In this document: positions 40,776 through 51,646 of the stretch, piece by piece | Numbering within the stretch: position 1 is the stretch's first letter | Layout: each line of letters begins with the position of its first letter | Assembly (NCBI GenBank): GCA_017499595.2 | Contig: CM039008.1 | Span: 1,178,001-1,242,000, forward strand | DNA length: 64,000 nucleotides | From: Psilocybe cubensis | Taxonomy: Eukaryota | Direction: 5' to 3' | Translations under genes and position numbers: made by a program | The notes under the pieces: generated by a model | Seen by the model: only the letters and a program-made list of their open reading frames with translations | The model's database searches: none | What the model was told of the DNA's origin: nothing

Positions 40776-41326
40776 ATGCAAATCATCAGCTATGAGGAAA
40801 TTTTACGAATCGAAGCAGAAGTATTGGCCCCTACTTTCCCAGATCTAATACATCCTACAACTTTCCCAGAGGCCGCCTCACTTGCTTCTCAAAGACAGCA
40901 ATACGACTTGGAAATGGCTCAGTTAGTTGAGCAGACCCAAAAAATGGTCCTTTTGACCGAGAACAGGCTGATACTGGCCATCCTGGCCCTTTTCAATGAA
41001 ATTAACTGGACCACCCTGGACCCAAGGTTACTATCGTTGGCTAAAGCCAAGATTACCGAGGGTGACCAGTGGCTCAAAGCACGAGCCGTGAGTTTTCTGT
41101 TTCTTCAAGTTTCAAGTTGATACTCTTGCTTAAGATAACTAGGAGGAGACACTTCGGGATGCAGACTCAGGCAGCCCCGAGCACATATTGACCCAAGGGA
41201 TGTCCATTATAGCCAACGGCCAGATTCATATTCGAACGGTAGAGGTGAGTCACAGTGATAACTACTTTGTTTCTACACTTTCTTAGTAATGGGCAGGATC
41301 TCATACGAGAATGTCAGGATCATTAA
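40776..41326 (+). CDS. Small helical hypothetical protein (element cargo), three exons
   Basis: MQIISYEEIL..LKARA / EETLRDAD..RTVE / DLIRECQDH* joined in frame across GT-AG introns. Confidence 0.6.
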
Positions 41327-43656
41327 TAGGGTCAAGATACTACATTGTAAATAGACACTTAATTGCCTTTAAAAATGTACATTTTATTGCTTGATATGAT
41401 TGAAGAGCTTTACTGAGACCAATCACATTGGACATCAAACTCTCCTAAGTCTGGAATTGTACATAGAGATAGCTAGGAAAATCCAAAGCTCGCAGTAGTA
41501 ATGTTGGAATGCTACAGAGCTCAACGGAGCATCCCGCCGATGACACATGACGCTATACTGTCTACAGCCCACTTTGATGCTACATCCGGTTGGCAGGACA
41601 ATACGTTGAGTTACCTCCAAAAATCCGGATTTACTGATGTAACAAAGTTCTTTTTCAGTACCGTACACGCCTCCTGATCAACAACGGCATATAGAATGTC
41701 ACAATGCAACTTCCGGTTATTTTTGTCAGTTCGGATGAATGGAAGACATCTGTTTCTTTAGCACGCAGTCCGACAGTCACAAGGGTGCTTTTTTCTGCTG
41801 TTTCACTCATTCACAGGGGATACTATTATCATTTGAATAGATGAGGCTTCATAGAAGAGTCAAATGCCAGCTCATGGATGTAGCATTCAATTTTCATCGA
41901 TCGCAATGATGTCGGTAGGCATAATTAATCACATAAAGCGTGTAGATGAGAGCTGATATAGATTATGACCTCGTCATCTCAATGAAAATGACCAGATGTT
42001 GTCTGTTGAAAAGAATAAACTTTAAGCGACGTTCAATTGCATCTGAGCATCCCTAATCATCTCTTCATTGTCACCTCTAGTCGAGTTACCACTTCAGCTC
42101 CTTACACACCGTTACAACAATGGCCAAACCTCCTCCACTAGTTGTCAGGTTGATTGGGATAGGAAAATACGAGTATTACCCTTTTCTTGACGCAAAAGGG
42201 GACACCAATGCCGACGACCTTTACAATTTCCTTAACAAGGAATACAAAGATGGCAGAGAATGCGACATAAAGGTGGTCAAAGATGCTACGAAAGAGGCGA
42301 TTCTGGCAGAGCTGAGATCCCTTCGGGAACCAGTCGATCGAACCAAGGGAATAGTCGTTTTCTTTTCTAGTTACGGAGGCAGCACGGGCGAAGGCACCTC
42401 GATAATATGTCCTACGGATATTGCAAGAACAGAGAAGAGTAAAGGTATCACCGACAAAGAGCTTACGCAGTTATTTGACTCAATTGCCAAGTTCCGCGGG
42501 AAAAATATTGTAAGTCGATTACACGAATCGCCGAGTCAAACGTTGAATAAAAATTGAATATAATCACGCAGACCTTTTTCCTGGATGCCCCTTCTTTGGC
42601 CTTTGATTGGGGATGGCCAAGTTCTTTTTTTTTTTTTTTTTTTTATTTTTTTTATTTTATGTTATAGCCTCTGAGGGGTGGGCCCCTCCCTTGGCTTAGT
42701 ACTACCATTACAGTTTCTCTATATAGGTTGTAATTCTACTGTTCCATGTGTACTGTGTAAAGGAATAAAAAGTGTTGCTTATGAGAGATTACTAACATTT
42801 ATTGCGGCGTGGTGTTTTCTGCGTGGGGTGCTAGAGTTGGAGTTGAAGGTTGAGGTTTCCTCTTCCGCTCCCGATATCGAGAGACTCGACACCAGGAGCC
42901 AAAGAGAAAAATGCCAGAGTGATAGAGCCGTTCTGTGATGTTCTTGTCTTCAAACCTAATGAGAATAGAAAGTCGGTCCTTCTGGAACTCCTCCCCATCG
43001 CGACAAAGAGCCCGTATTTGCCCTCGGATATCCTGCCTAGATACCCCTGCCTCGTTTTCAAGTAATGACCATATGCTGTTTTTTGGAGTGGCGGAGTCGA
43101 AAGAGTCGCGAAGTGAATCGGCTGGGAGATCATGGACCACTATACCATGCCATGGCACATCCGAGTGAACTGTGGGTGGGTCACCAATAGTTGAATCAAA
43201 ATTAGGAAAGCAATCGGAGGCCTGAGCTGCTTGAAGAATAGTCATCGGGCGAGCTTTTATTCTAGCAGTTCCAGTGTCGTTTGCAGTGTGGATAATGAGC
43301 CTTCCTGATTTTGAGACATTAGCTCCGAGAACATGACGAGGGGGGTCCCGTGACATTGGCGAGAGCTCGCTATTGAGTCGCTCCACAAAATCAGTGAGTG
43401 GACCAGATGGCTGTGTAAGTGGAAAGTCATCCCAGGATGCAATAAGGCGATTATTTGAGGAATAATGGCGGGTTGGACCGCTCCTTGATCCGCTACCACC
43501 ACCTTCAGCTGCTTTCCCACGCACTTAGAGCGCGAGAAAAGACTGCCAGGGGTTACAAGCAATCGAGTAGAGTATCTAAAACACAAAAACGTACCTAAAA
43601 GTACACAAAACACCCAATTCTCACAACAAAACACCCACGCCAACTTAATCTGTCAA

Positions 43657-46600
43657 ATGAATGTCAACACCGGCACAGCTCGTGCCAGGAAGACAACCTT
43701 GGGAAATCCGCCTACCCCGGGTCAAAACGACCAGGCCAACACTGAGAGATCATCGCGGAGCAAAGGAACGGTGGTCAACGAAGACCTCCAACAGGTCCAG
43801 GATGCCAAAGGAGGGAGATCCATACTCGAGGAACACCAACTCCTGGTGCCAGCGGGACAAGGTCTGACGGCACACCGGGCCGCCGCTTGCTTATTCCAGA
43901 TCTCGCAAATGTCGAACAAAACGCCGCCGATAGTGATACAAGCAATGCGAGGATTGGCCTTCCTACTAGAGGAAATGGAGATCCCGCTGGCAACGCAGAC
44001 TTATCACGACGGATTCGGAGAGGAACTGGCCACATTCACGAACGAAATCCGGTCGCTAGTACAACACGCGCAGGAGAAGGTGGACCAAAAACTCGAGGAG
44101 ATCAACAAAGCGACTGCCGATCTAGTCAAGACAGCCTCAACCGCGAAGCCTCAGCAAACCCTGAACCCAGGGGCGGCCTATAGTCAGGCACTCATGAAGG
44201 GTCTACCCACGCTCAGTCAAGTGATCGTCCAGTCCAACATAGCCACAAACCCAAGGCTGCTTGCTCGCCACGGCATACGAGCACGACAGACAATGTTGGA
44301 GGGCCTAGGTAAGGACTCCAAAATAAGCACGATGGGCGATCGCGAGGCAAAGGATCATATCAACAAAGTTCTGCAGATGCTGGAACCGGAAGGGACGGTG
44401 CGTATTCGTTCTGCAATCAAACAGAGAAACGGTGGGCTACTCATCGAATTTGACGCCGATTACGGAGCGGCGTGGATCAGGGTAGAGGAAAACCGCAGCA
44501 ACCTGTGCAAGGAGCTAGGCGAAGATGTCACCACTAGAAAGCGCACCTACGAGCTGATTGCAATGGGTGCGCCTCTGTCAGCCAAGCCTGAAGACGCAGA
44601 TTTCGTGAAAGAGACGGAGGAGGCCAACCGAGTCGAAGAAGGTACCATCGTCGCGATGCGATGGGCAAAGAAAGTATCGCGACGGGCGGTAGGTCAAAAA
44701 TGCGCTCACATCATTCTCACAGTAAACGACGCCTGCAAAGCGAACAGACTCATAGCCATGGGGATGTTTGTGGCAAACAAGCGAGTGAAAGTGCAGAAGT
44801 GCAAGACCGACCCGGTAAGATGTCTTAAATGCCAAGGCTATAACCACTTTGCAAAGGAATGTACGTCGAAACATGACATCTGCGGACATTGCGGCGAGAA
44901 GGGCGGCCACCGCACCCCGGACTGTGAAAAGACATCGACGCATTGCGTCTCCTGCGACTCGGACGATCACCCGAGCTACGACAGGGCCTGTCCAGTATTC
45001 CTGAAGAAGTCAGCAGAAAAGAACGATCGCACCCCCGAGAACAAACTCCCCTTTATCCCAACGGATGAGCCATGGACATGGAGCATGGACCCGAACGTGT
45101 CAGGGTTTCTCCAGTTTCCCCTCTTTATCTTCACAGAATTATCTTATCCTTTCATTATCTTATCAATTATCTGATTAGATAGTTTATTTCTTTCATCACA
45201 GCCTTCTTGCTCCACTTCTTTCTAGTAAATTCTATATGATTCCTAGTCTTACTCATCCTTTTTCTATATGATGTCACTTTTATTCTTTAACCTTCCTTTA
45301 TGATGTAATGTAGGGAATATTCTAGAATAGCTGTAGAGTATAAATACTGGACTTGTAGGTAGCTGTAGCTTCAGCTTCAATCTCTTAGGATATCCACTAT
45401 CATTGGTGTGATCTCTTAGAACCATTGAATCTCTCTCACTCTCTTATTCTCTCTTTGCTCTCTTACTCTCCCTCTGCTCTCTCTCTCTCTCTTGCTTAAT
45501 CTTTGTTGGTGGCCTTGTCACACTGATTATAGTGTTGCCCTGACAGAAGATTGAAGCTCTCTCAAGACAACTCCACCATCTCTCTTTCAACACCAAACTC
45601 TTCACCTCTTCAACCTCTTCAACATCATTACCTCAACCTTCTTCCTCCACTTCCAACCCACCAACCTCTTCATCAACCTCTCCACCAATCTTCTTACCAA
45701 TCTCTACATCTCCACCAATCTTCAACATCCTCCTCAAGACCTTTCCTCAAGACCTTTGGCTCATCATCTTTCCTACTCTCTGTTGTGTGCTGTGTGTGAA
45801 CTTAGTAGATAGGGATACCAACTGTTGGGGCAGACACAGTCCTACTAGTGTTCTGTTTTTGGTGGTCTAGGAAATATCCAGTAACCCTGTGATCCTAGGT
45901 TTAGAGCCCTGAGTGGTGTGACAACTGGGTATCCAGTAGATAGATATTTTTTTAGAATACTTAGTATAGTTTCAAGGGCACTTTCAGTAGATAGCTTCTC
46001 CCACACACACATCAGAGAGCCTACCTACCCCTACCCATGGACATGGACCCCTCCCAATTGCCTCCCACCACTCCTTCTGTGGAAGAGCTCATGCATCAGG
46101 TCCAGCTCCTTACCCAAGAGTTGAATTTTCTTAGACAGCAGCAGCAGTCATTATCCACTCCACCACACCCTCAGCAACCAGTCAGTCAGTCACCATTACC
46201 ACCACCACCACCACCACCTGCTGCTCTAGATATTCACTCTTTCCCTACCCCTCATGTTGCCCCTTCCTGTTCACACTCTGCCATTAAAGTCTCACCTCCA
46301 GATCCATTTGATGGTTCTATGGAGAAGGCAGAAAACTTCCTCAGTCAGCTTAAATTATATTTCTATGGGAAAGGGATTACAGATGACTTTCAGAAAGTTA
46401 TTTGTGCTCTATCTCATATGAAAGGAGGTACTGCTGGGAAGTGGGCATATGAGAAGACTAAAGTAATAGACAATGCTCAGTCCCAAGAAGGTCTTTGGGC
46501 TGACTTTGTTTATGAATTTAGGGAAGTGTTTGCAGATCCAGACCCCTCCAACACAGCTAAGCATAAAATGCATATGCTCAAGCAAGGCAGACAGACTGCT

Positions 46601-49600
46601 GATGAGTATGTTGCTAGCTTCAGGGCTCTGATCTCAGATACTGGGTATAATGATGCTGCTTTGGTAGACCAATTCAAGGCTGGGCTTAATGAAAATCTCA
46701 GGAATGCAGTCTACTATGTTCCTGACATGCCCAAAACCTTGGATGGATGGATTAAATGGAGTACTAGGCTAGATAGGCAGTGGAGACAGAGTGAGGCCTT
46801 TACCAAGTCTCTTTCCTCCTCCTCTTCTTCTCCCTTTCTTAAAGCCCCAACTCCCAAGGCTGTTCCTAAGCCTACTCCAAATCCTCCAGTCTTTTCCAAC
46901 AGCAGCTCAAGGACCTTTGGTGCTCAGGCAAAGCAACCAGATGTAGTTCCCATGGAGGTTGACTCTGGATGGAAGTCAGTTAGGCCAATTGTTTGCTTCA
47001 AGTGCAGAAAGCCTGGTCATAAGGCTGTAAACTGCAGGTCATCAGTTAACATCAATGCTATGACCCATGAAGAACTGGCTGACTACTTTGGGAAATTAAT
47101 CTTGGAAGGCAAGGAGCAGAAAGATGAGGAAAAGAAAAATTTTTAGAAGCACCATTGGTGAAAGACATGTCCCAATGGAATAGATTTAATGTACTAGAAA
47201 ATGAAATTGACAGACTTGATTCTCAGTCTTCAGATTCTGGTGCAGAAATCATGTCTTCTTCTTCCTCTCTTTCTACCTTCCCTGAAAAGATCTACATCCT
47301 CAACCATAATCCTAAAACCTCTACCCATTTGTCTGTCATCTTAAAGACAATGGACACAGAGAAAAGGTTATCTGTTGATGCTTTGCTTGATTCTGGAGCT
47401 ACTGGCCTCTTTCTGCATTCTGGTTTTGTGAAGTATCATAATCTCAACACAAGGAAACTTCCTAGGGCCATTCCAGTCTATAATGTTGATGGTACTCTCA
47501 ACAAGAGTGGCTCTATCCATGAGGAAGTAGACTTAATTATGGTACACAAAAACCATACAGAAAGGGCCACCTTTGCTGTTTGTGACTTGGGAGACAAATC
47601 TGCTATCATTGGACATACTTGGCTTTGGCACCATAATCCAGATGTTGATTGGAAGACAGGGGATGTCCAGTTTATTAGATGTCCCTCTGACTGCCAAATG
47701 GAAGCCAAAAGAGCCAGAAGAAAGAGGCAGAGAATAGCTGCAGTCAAAAGGAGGAAACTCCCTCAATTTGATGAAGAAGAAGATGATTCTATTGAAGATT
47801 CTTCTGATTCTGAGATTGAGCCTGAGGATAGAATTTTTATCTCATACCTTCATCCTCAGAAGCAGTCTATTAATGCTACTTCTACTATGTCTCAAAGATT
47901 AGCAGAAGAGTCTCATCAGCAAGCTGATTCCCCTAAGAAAACCTTTGAAGAAACTGTTCCTAAGCACTATCATCAGTTTAAAGGTGTTTTTTCAAAGGAA
48001 TCTTTTGATAGGCTACCAGACAGAAAGCCTTGGGATCATGCTATTGAGCTGAAACCTGGTTCTGAACCTTACAGATCCAAGATTTATCCTCTTTCTCCCA
48101 ATGAACAAAAGGAACTTGATGCCTTTTTAGAGGAAAATCTGAAGTCTGGCAGGATTAGACCCTCCAAGTCACCTATGGCCTCCCCTGTATTCTTTGTCAA
48201 GAAGAAGGATGGATCTCTTAGGCTTGTCCAGGACTATAGGAAACTGAATGAAATGACCATCAAGAACTCCTACCCCCTTCCATTGATTTCTGACATTATC
48301 ACCAAACTCAGCAAAGCCAAATACTTCACCAAACTTGATGTTAGGTGGGGATTTAACAATGTCAGAATCAAAAAAGGAGATGAATGGAAAGCAGCCTTTA
48401 GAACCAATAGAGGGCTGTTTGAACCATTGGTCATGTTCTTTGGTTTAACCAATAGTCCTGCTACCTTCCAAAATATGATGAATGATATCTTTATTGAGCT
48501 CATTGATGGAAATGTTGTCATTGTCTACATGGATGACATTTTAATTTTCACTGAGACTCTTGATCATCATAGAGAGGTAGTCAAGCAAGTTCTGCAAATC
48601 TTAGAACAGAACAAACTCTACCTTAAAGCAGAGAAATGTGAATTTGAAAAGGAAAAGATTGAATATCTTGGACTAATCATTTCACAAGGCAGGATTGAGA
48701 TGGATCCTGTCAAGGTAGAGGGAGTTTCTAAATGGCCTGAACCTGAAAATGTCAAGGATGTCCAATCATTCTTGGGATTTGTTAATTTTTATAGAAGGTT
48801 CATAGAGGATTTTGCAGACATTGCTAAGCCCCTTCATGAATTGACAAAGAAAGGAACAGTCTGGAGATGGAGTCTTAGACAACAGGAAGCCTTTGACCAG
48901 TTAAAGAAGAAAGTCACTTCTTCACCTGTCTTGATTTTCCCTGATGATAACAAGCCATATAAAGTTGAAGCAGACAGTTCAGATTATGCTACTGGGGCTG
49001 TTTTATCTCAGGAAGGATCAGATGGGAAATGGCATCCTGTAGCCTTTATGTCTAAGAGTCTATCTGAAGTAGAAAGGAATTATGAGATCCATGACAAAGA
49101 GATGCTGGCTATTATCAGAGCACTAGATGAATGGAGACATTATCTTGAAGGAACCCAACATTCCTTTGAGATTTGGACAGACCACAAAAACTTAGAGTAC
49201 TTTATGGTTGCCCAAAAGCTCAGCAGAAGGCAAGCCAGATGGTCACTCTTCCTGTCCAGATTTGATTTTACTCTTCATCATAGGCCTGGTAAAAGATCTC
49301 TTAAGCCAGATGCTTTGTCTAGGAGACCAGATCATAAAAAGGGAGAGGATGATAACCAAAATGTAGTTCTCCTCAAACCTTCCTACTTTAAAATCCAGGC
49401 TCTCAAGCAGGGTCATGCTACCATTACTGGTGCAGAAAATGATCTTCTTAAGAAGATTAGAGAAGCTAAGGAGATGGATGAAAAGGTGGTCAAGGCAGTT
49501 CAGGAGCTCAAGAAATCTTCTACCAAGAAGATTGAAGGACAGGAATGGTCAGAAGAACAAGGCCTTATTCTCTACAGGGGGAAGGTGTATGTTCCCAAGG

Positions 49601-51641
49601 ACAAAGATCTTAGAAGAAAGATTGTGGAACTGCACCATGATGCCTTCATTGCTGGACATCCAGGGAAATGGAAGACAATTGAGCTAGTCTCTAGGAATTA
49701 TTGGTGGCCAGGAATGTCACATTTTATTGCAGCCTATACCAGAGGTTGTGATAGATGCAACAGAACCAAAACCTTTCCAGCCAAACCTCTTGGCCTTTTA
49801 ATTCCTACTGAGATTCCCTCTGATGTCTGGCAATGCATCTCTGTGGACTTTATTATGGGGTTACCAGAATGTCAAGGGTATAATGCCATTATGGTGGTTG
49901 TGGATAGACTTAGTAAAATGATCCACATTATCCCTACTACAGATGAAGTCACTTCTGAAGGGACAGCCAGACTATACAGAGATTATGTCTGGAAACACCA
50001 TGGCTTACCCATTAAAATTCTGTGTGATAGAGGTCCACAGTTTGTCTCAAGGTTTATGAAAGAACTCAACTCAATACTTGGTATCCAGACAGCCTCATCT
50101 ACAGCCTACCATCCCCAAACTGATGGTCAGACTGAAAGAGTTAACCAAGAAATTGAGCAGTATCTTAGACTCTTTATAAACCATAGACAAGATGATTGGG
50201 TTGAATGGTTAGCTCTAGCTGAATTCTCTTATAACAATAGAGTTCAGGCTTCAACCAGGCAGACACCATTTATGCTCAATAATGGCAGACATCCCAGAAT
50301 GGGCACTGAACCCCTCAGAGATAGTAAAATGGACACTGTGGATACCTTTGTGAAAAATATGGAAGAAGCCAGGATAGAAGCAGAGTCTGCACTTAGAAAA
50401 GCTGCTGATGATATGGCTAAATTCTATAATAGACACAGAGGTACTCCAACTCAGTACAAAGTTGGGGATTTGGTATGGTTGGATGGCAAGGACCTCAAAA
50501 CTGATAGGCCCTCCAAGAAATTGGATGATAAAAGATATGGGCCTTACAAAATTACCAAAGTTATTAGCCCTAATGCCTATGAGCTTAAGCTGCCATCTAC
50601 CATGAAAATCCATCCAGTGTTCAATGTGGTTAAACTTCTACCTTATCACCCAGATATTGTAGGAAGAAAGCCTCCTTCTAGACCACCACCTGTCATTCAA
50701 GGAGAAAGTCCTGAGTGGGAAGTTGAATTTATCAAGGACAGCAGACTTTTTAGAAACAAACTTCAATATTTGGTCAAGTGGAAGAACTATCCTAATGAAG
50801 AATGCACTTGGGAGCCTGCAGAGCATTTGAAAAATGCTTCTAAGGCTATCAAGGACTTCCATGCCAAACATCCTTCAGCACCTAGAAGGATTTCTGCTGT
50901 GACCTTTGATAGACTTTCTTTCACTCCTATTATTAACTTTACTGAACCTCCTCCTCTTCTTAAACCCTCTAAACTAACCCATCCATGTGCACATTGTGGA
51001 AAATGTGCCTTAGAGAGGGGGTGATGTCAGGGTTTCTCCAGTTTCCCCTCTTTATCTTCACAGAATTATCTTATCCTTTCATTATCTTATCAATTATCTG
51101 ATTAGATAGTTTATTTCTTTCATCACAGCCTTCTTGCTCCACTTCTTTCTAGTAAATTCTATATGATTCCTAGTCTTACTCATCCTTTTTCTATATGATG
51201 TCACTTTTATTCTTTAACCTTCCTTTATGATGTAATGTAGGGAATATTCTAGAATAGCTGTAGAGTATAAATACTGGACTTGTAGGTAGCTGTAGCTTCA
51301 GCTTCAATCTCTTAGGATATCCACTATCATTGGTGTGATCTCTTAGAACCATTGAATCTCTCTCACTCTCTTATTCTCTCTTTGCTCTCTTACTCTCCCT
51401 CTGCTCTCTCTCTCTCTCTTGCTTAATCTTTGTTGGTGGCCTTGTCACACTGATTATAGTGTTGCCCTGACAGAACGACGCCCCAACAACTTTCAAAAGA
51501 AAGGAGTTCGCGAGGGGACAATCACCCCGATGGACCGTGGAACCGCCCACAACATCGAGGAAGGACCTCCCCAAGACGCCGCAACAGAGCCCAGAACCAG
51601 AGCAAATGGGAAAGGAAGGAGGCTCAGCGGGTGATATCTAA
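43657..51641 (+). CDS. LINE ORF1 (gag-like, three CCHC knuckles); coding parts 43657-45097 and 51478-51641, split by the LTR element
   Basis: RCLKCQGYNHFAKEC, CGHCGEKGGHRTPDC, CVSCDSDDHPSYDRAC; frame restored when the Gypsy element and one TSD copy are removed. Confidence 0.9.
45098..45545 (+). repeat. 5' LTR (TATA box at 45339)
   Basis: Direct repeat of 51025-51472; no difference seen by eye. Confidence 0.97.
46037..47146 (+). CDS. Gypsy Gag (capsid plus CCHC knuckle)
   Basis: PDPFDGS, LKQGRQTADEYVASF, VPMEVD, CFKCRKPGHKAVNC. Confidence 0.95.
   Translation: MDMDPSQLPPTTPSVEELMHQVQLLTQELNFLRQQQQSLSTPPHPQQPVSQSPLPPPPPPPAALDIHSFPTPHVAPSCSHSAIKVSPPDPFDGSMEKAENFLSQLKLYFYGKGITDDFQKVICALSHMKGGTAGKWAYEKTKVIDNAQSQEGLWADFVYEFREVFADPDPSNTAKHKMHMLKQGRQTADEYVASFRALISDTGYNDAALVDQFKAGLNENLRNAVYYVPDMPKTLDGWIKWSTRLDRQWRQSEAFTKSLSSSSSSPFLKAPTPKAVPKPTPNPPVFSNSSSRTFGAQAKQPDVVPMEVDSGWKSVRPIVCFKCRKPGHKAVNCRSSVNINAMTHEELADYFGKLILEGKEQKDEEKKNF
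47155..51024 (+). CDS. Gypsy Pol (protease, RT, RNase H, integrase, chromodomain); -1 frame relative to gag
   Basis: LLDSGAT, YMDD, EADSSDYATGAVL, HH-CC zinc motif, CDRGPQF, DGQTER, GPY module, WEVEFIKDSR..YLVKWKNY..TWEP chromodomain. Confidence 0.97.
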   Translation: MVKDMSQWNRFNVLENEIDRLDSQSSDSGAEIMSSSSSLSTFPEKIYILNHNPKTSTHLSVILKTMDTEKRLSVDALLDSGATGLFLHSGFVKYHNLNTRKLPRAIPVYNVDGTLNKSGSIHEEVDLIMVHKNHTERATFAVCDLGDKSAIIGHTWLWHHNPDVDWKTGDVQFIRCPSDCQMEAKRARRKRQRIAAVKRRKLPQFDEEEDDSIEDSSDSEIEPEDRIFISYLHPQKQSINATSTMSQRLAEESHQQADSPKKTFEETVPKHYHQFKGVFSKESFDRLPDRKPWDHAIELKPGSEPYRSKIYPLSPNEQKELDAFLEENLKSGRIRPSKSPMASPVFFVKKKDGSLRLVQDYRKLNEMTIKNSYPLPLISDIITKLSKAKYFTKLDVRWGFNNVRIKKGDEWKAAFRTNRGLFEPLVMFFGLTNSPATFQNMMNDIFIELIDGNVVIVYMDDILIFTETLDHHREVVKQVLQILEQNKLYLKAEKCEFEKEKIEYLGLIISQGRIEMDPVKVEGVSKWPEPENVKDVQSFLGFVNFYRRFIEDFADIAKPLHELTKKGTVWRWSLRQQEAFDQLKKKVTSSPVLIFPDDNKPYKVEADSSDYATGAVLSQEGSDGKWHPVAFMSKSLSEVERNYEIHDKEMLAIIRALDEWRHYLEGTQHSFEIWTDHKNLEYFMVAQKLSRRQARWSLFLSRFDFTLHHRPGKRSLKPDALSRRPDHKKGEDDNQNVVLLKPSYFKIQALKQGHATITGAENDLLKKIREAKEMDEKVVKAVQELKKSSTKKIEGQEWSEEQGLILYRGKVYVPKDKDLRRKIVELHHDAFIAGHPGKWKTIELVSRNYWWPGMSHFIAAYTRGCDRCNRTKTFPAKPLGLLIPTEIPSDVWQCISVDFIMGLPECQGYNAIMVVVDRLSKMIHIIPTTDEVTSEGTARLYRDYVWKHHGLPIKILCDRGPQFVSRFMKELNSILGIQTASSTAYHPQTDGQTERVNQEIEQYLRLFINHRQDDWVEWLALAEFSYNNRVQASTRQTPFMLNNGRHPRMGTEPLRDSKMDTVDTFVKNMEEARIEAESALRKAADDMAKFYNRHRGTPTQYKVGDLVWLDGKDLKTDRPSKKLDDKRYGPYKITKVISPNAYELKLPSTMKIHPVFNVVKLLPYHPDIVGRKPPSRPPPVIQGESPEWEVEFIKDSRLFRNKLQYLVKWKNYPNEECTWEPAEHLKNASKAIKDFHAKHPSAPRRISAVTFDRLSFTPIINFTEPPPLLKPSKLTHPCAHCGKCALERG
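51025..51472 (+). repeat. 3' LTR
   Basis: Direct repeat of 45098-45545. Confidence 0.97.
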
Positions 51642-51646
51642 ATCAG

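Larger units (their letters stand above)
23355..41667. mobile_element. Giant Plavaka-transposase DNA element (~18.3 kb) with multiple cargo genes; ends inferred
   Basis: Ends TGTAC(23355)...GTACA(41667). Inverted subterminal motif TTACATCAGCAATACCGG (from 23384) vs CCGGATTTACTGATGTAA (to 41642). TGTAGCAT repeats on the left and ATGCTACA on the right. Internal Plavaka transposase. No TSD seen. Confidence 0.65.
45098..51472 (+). mobile_element. Intact Ty3/Gypsy chromovirus LTR retrotransposon
   Basis: 448-bp LTRs with TGTCAGGG...CCCTGACA termini; 5-bp TSD GAACG (45093-45097 / 51473-51477); PPT AGAGAGGGGG at 51012-51021. Confidence 0.97.

Noticed and set aside
23340-41680. Target-site duplication for the Plavaka element
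   Set aside because: The flanks (..GGTA and CGCC..) do not match, so no TSD is claimed and the exact ends remain provisional
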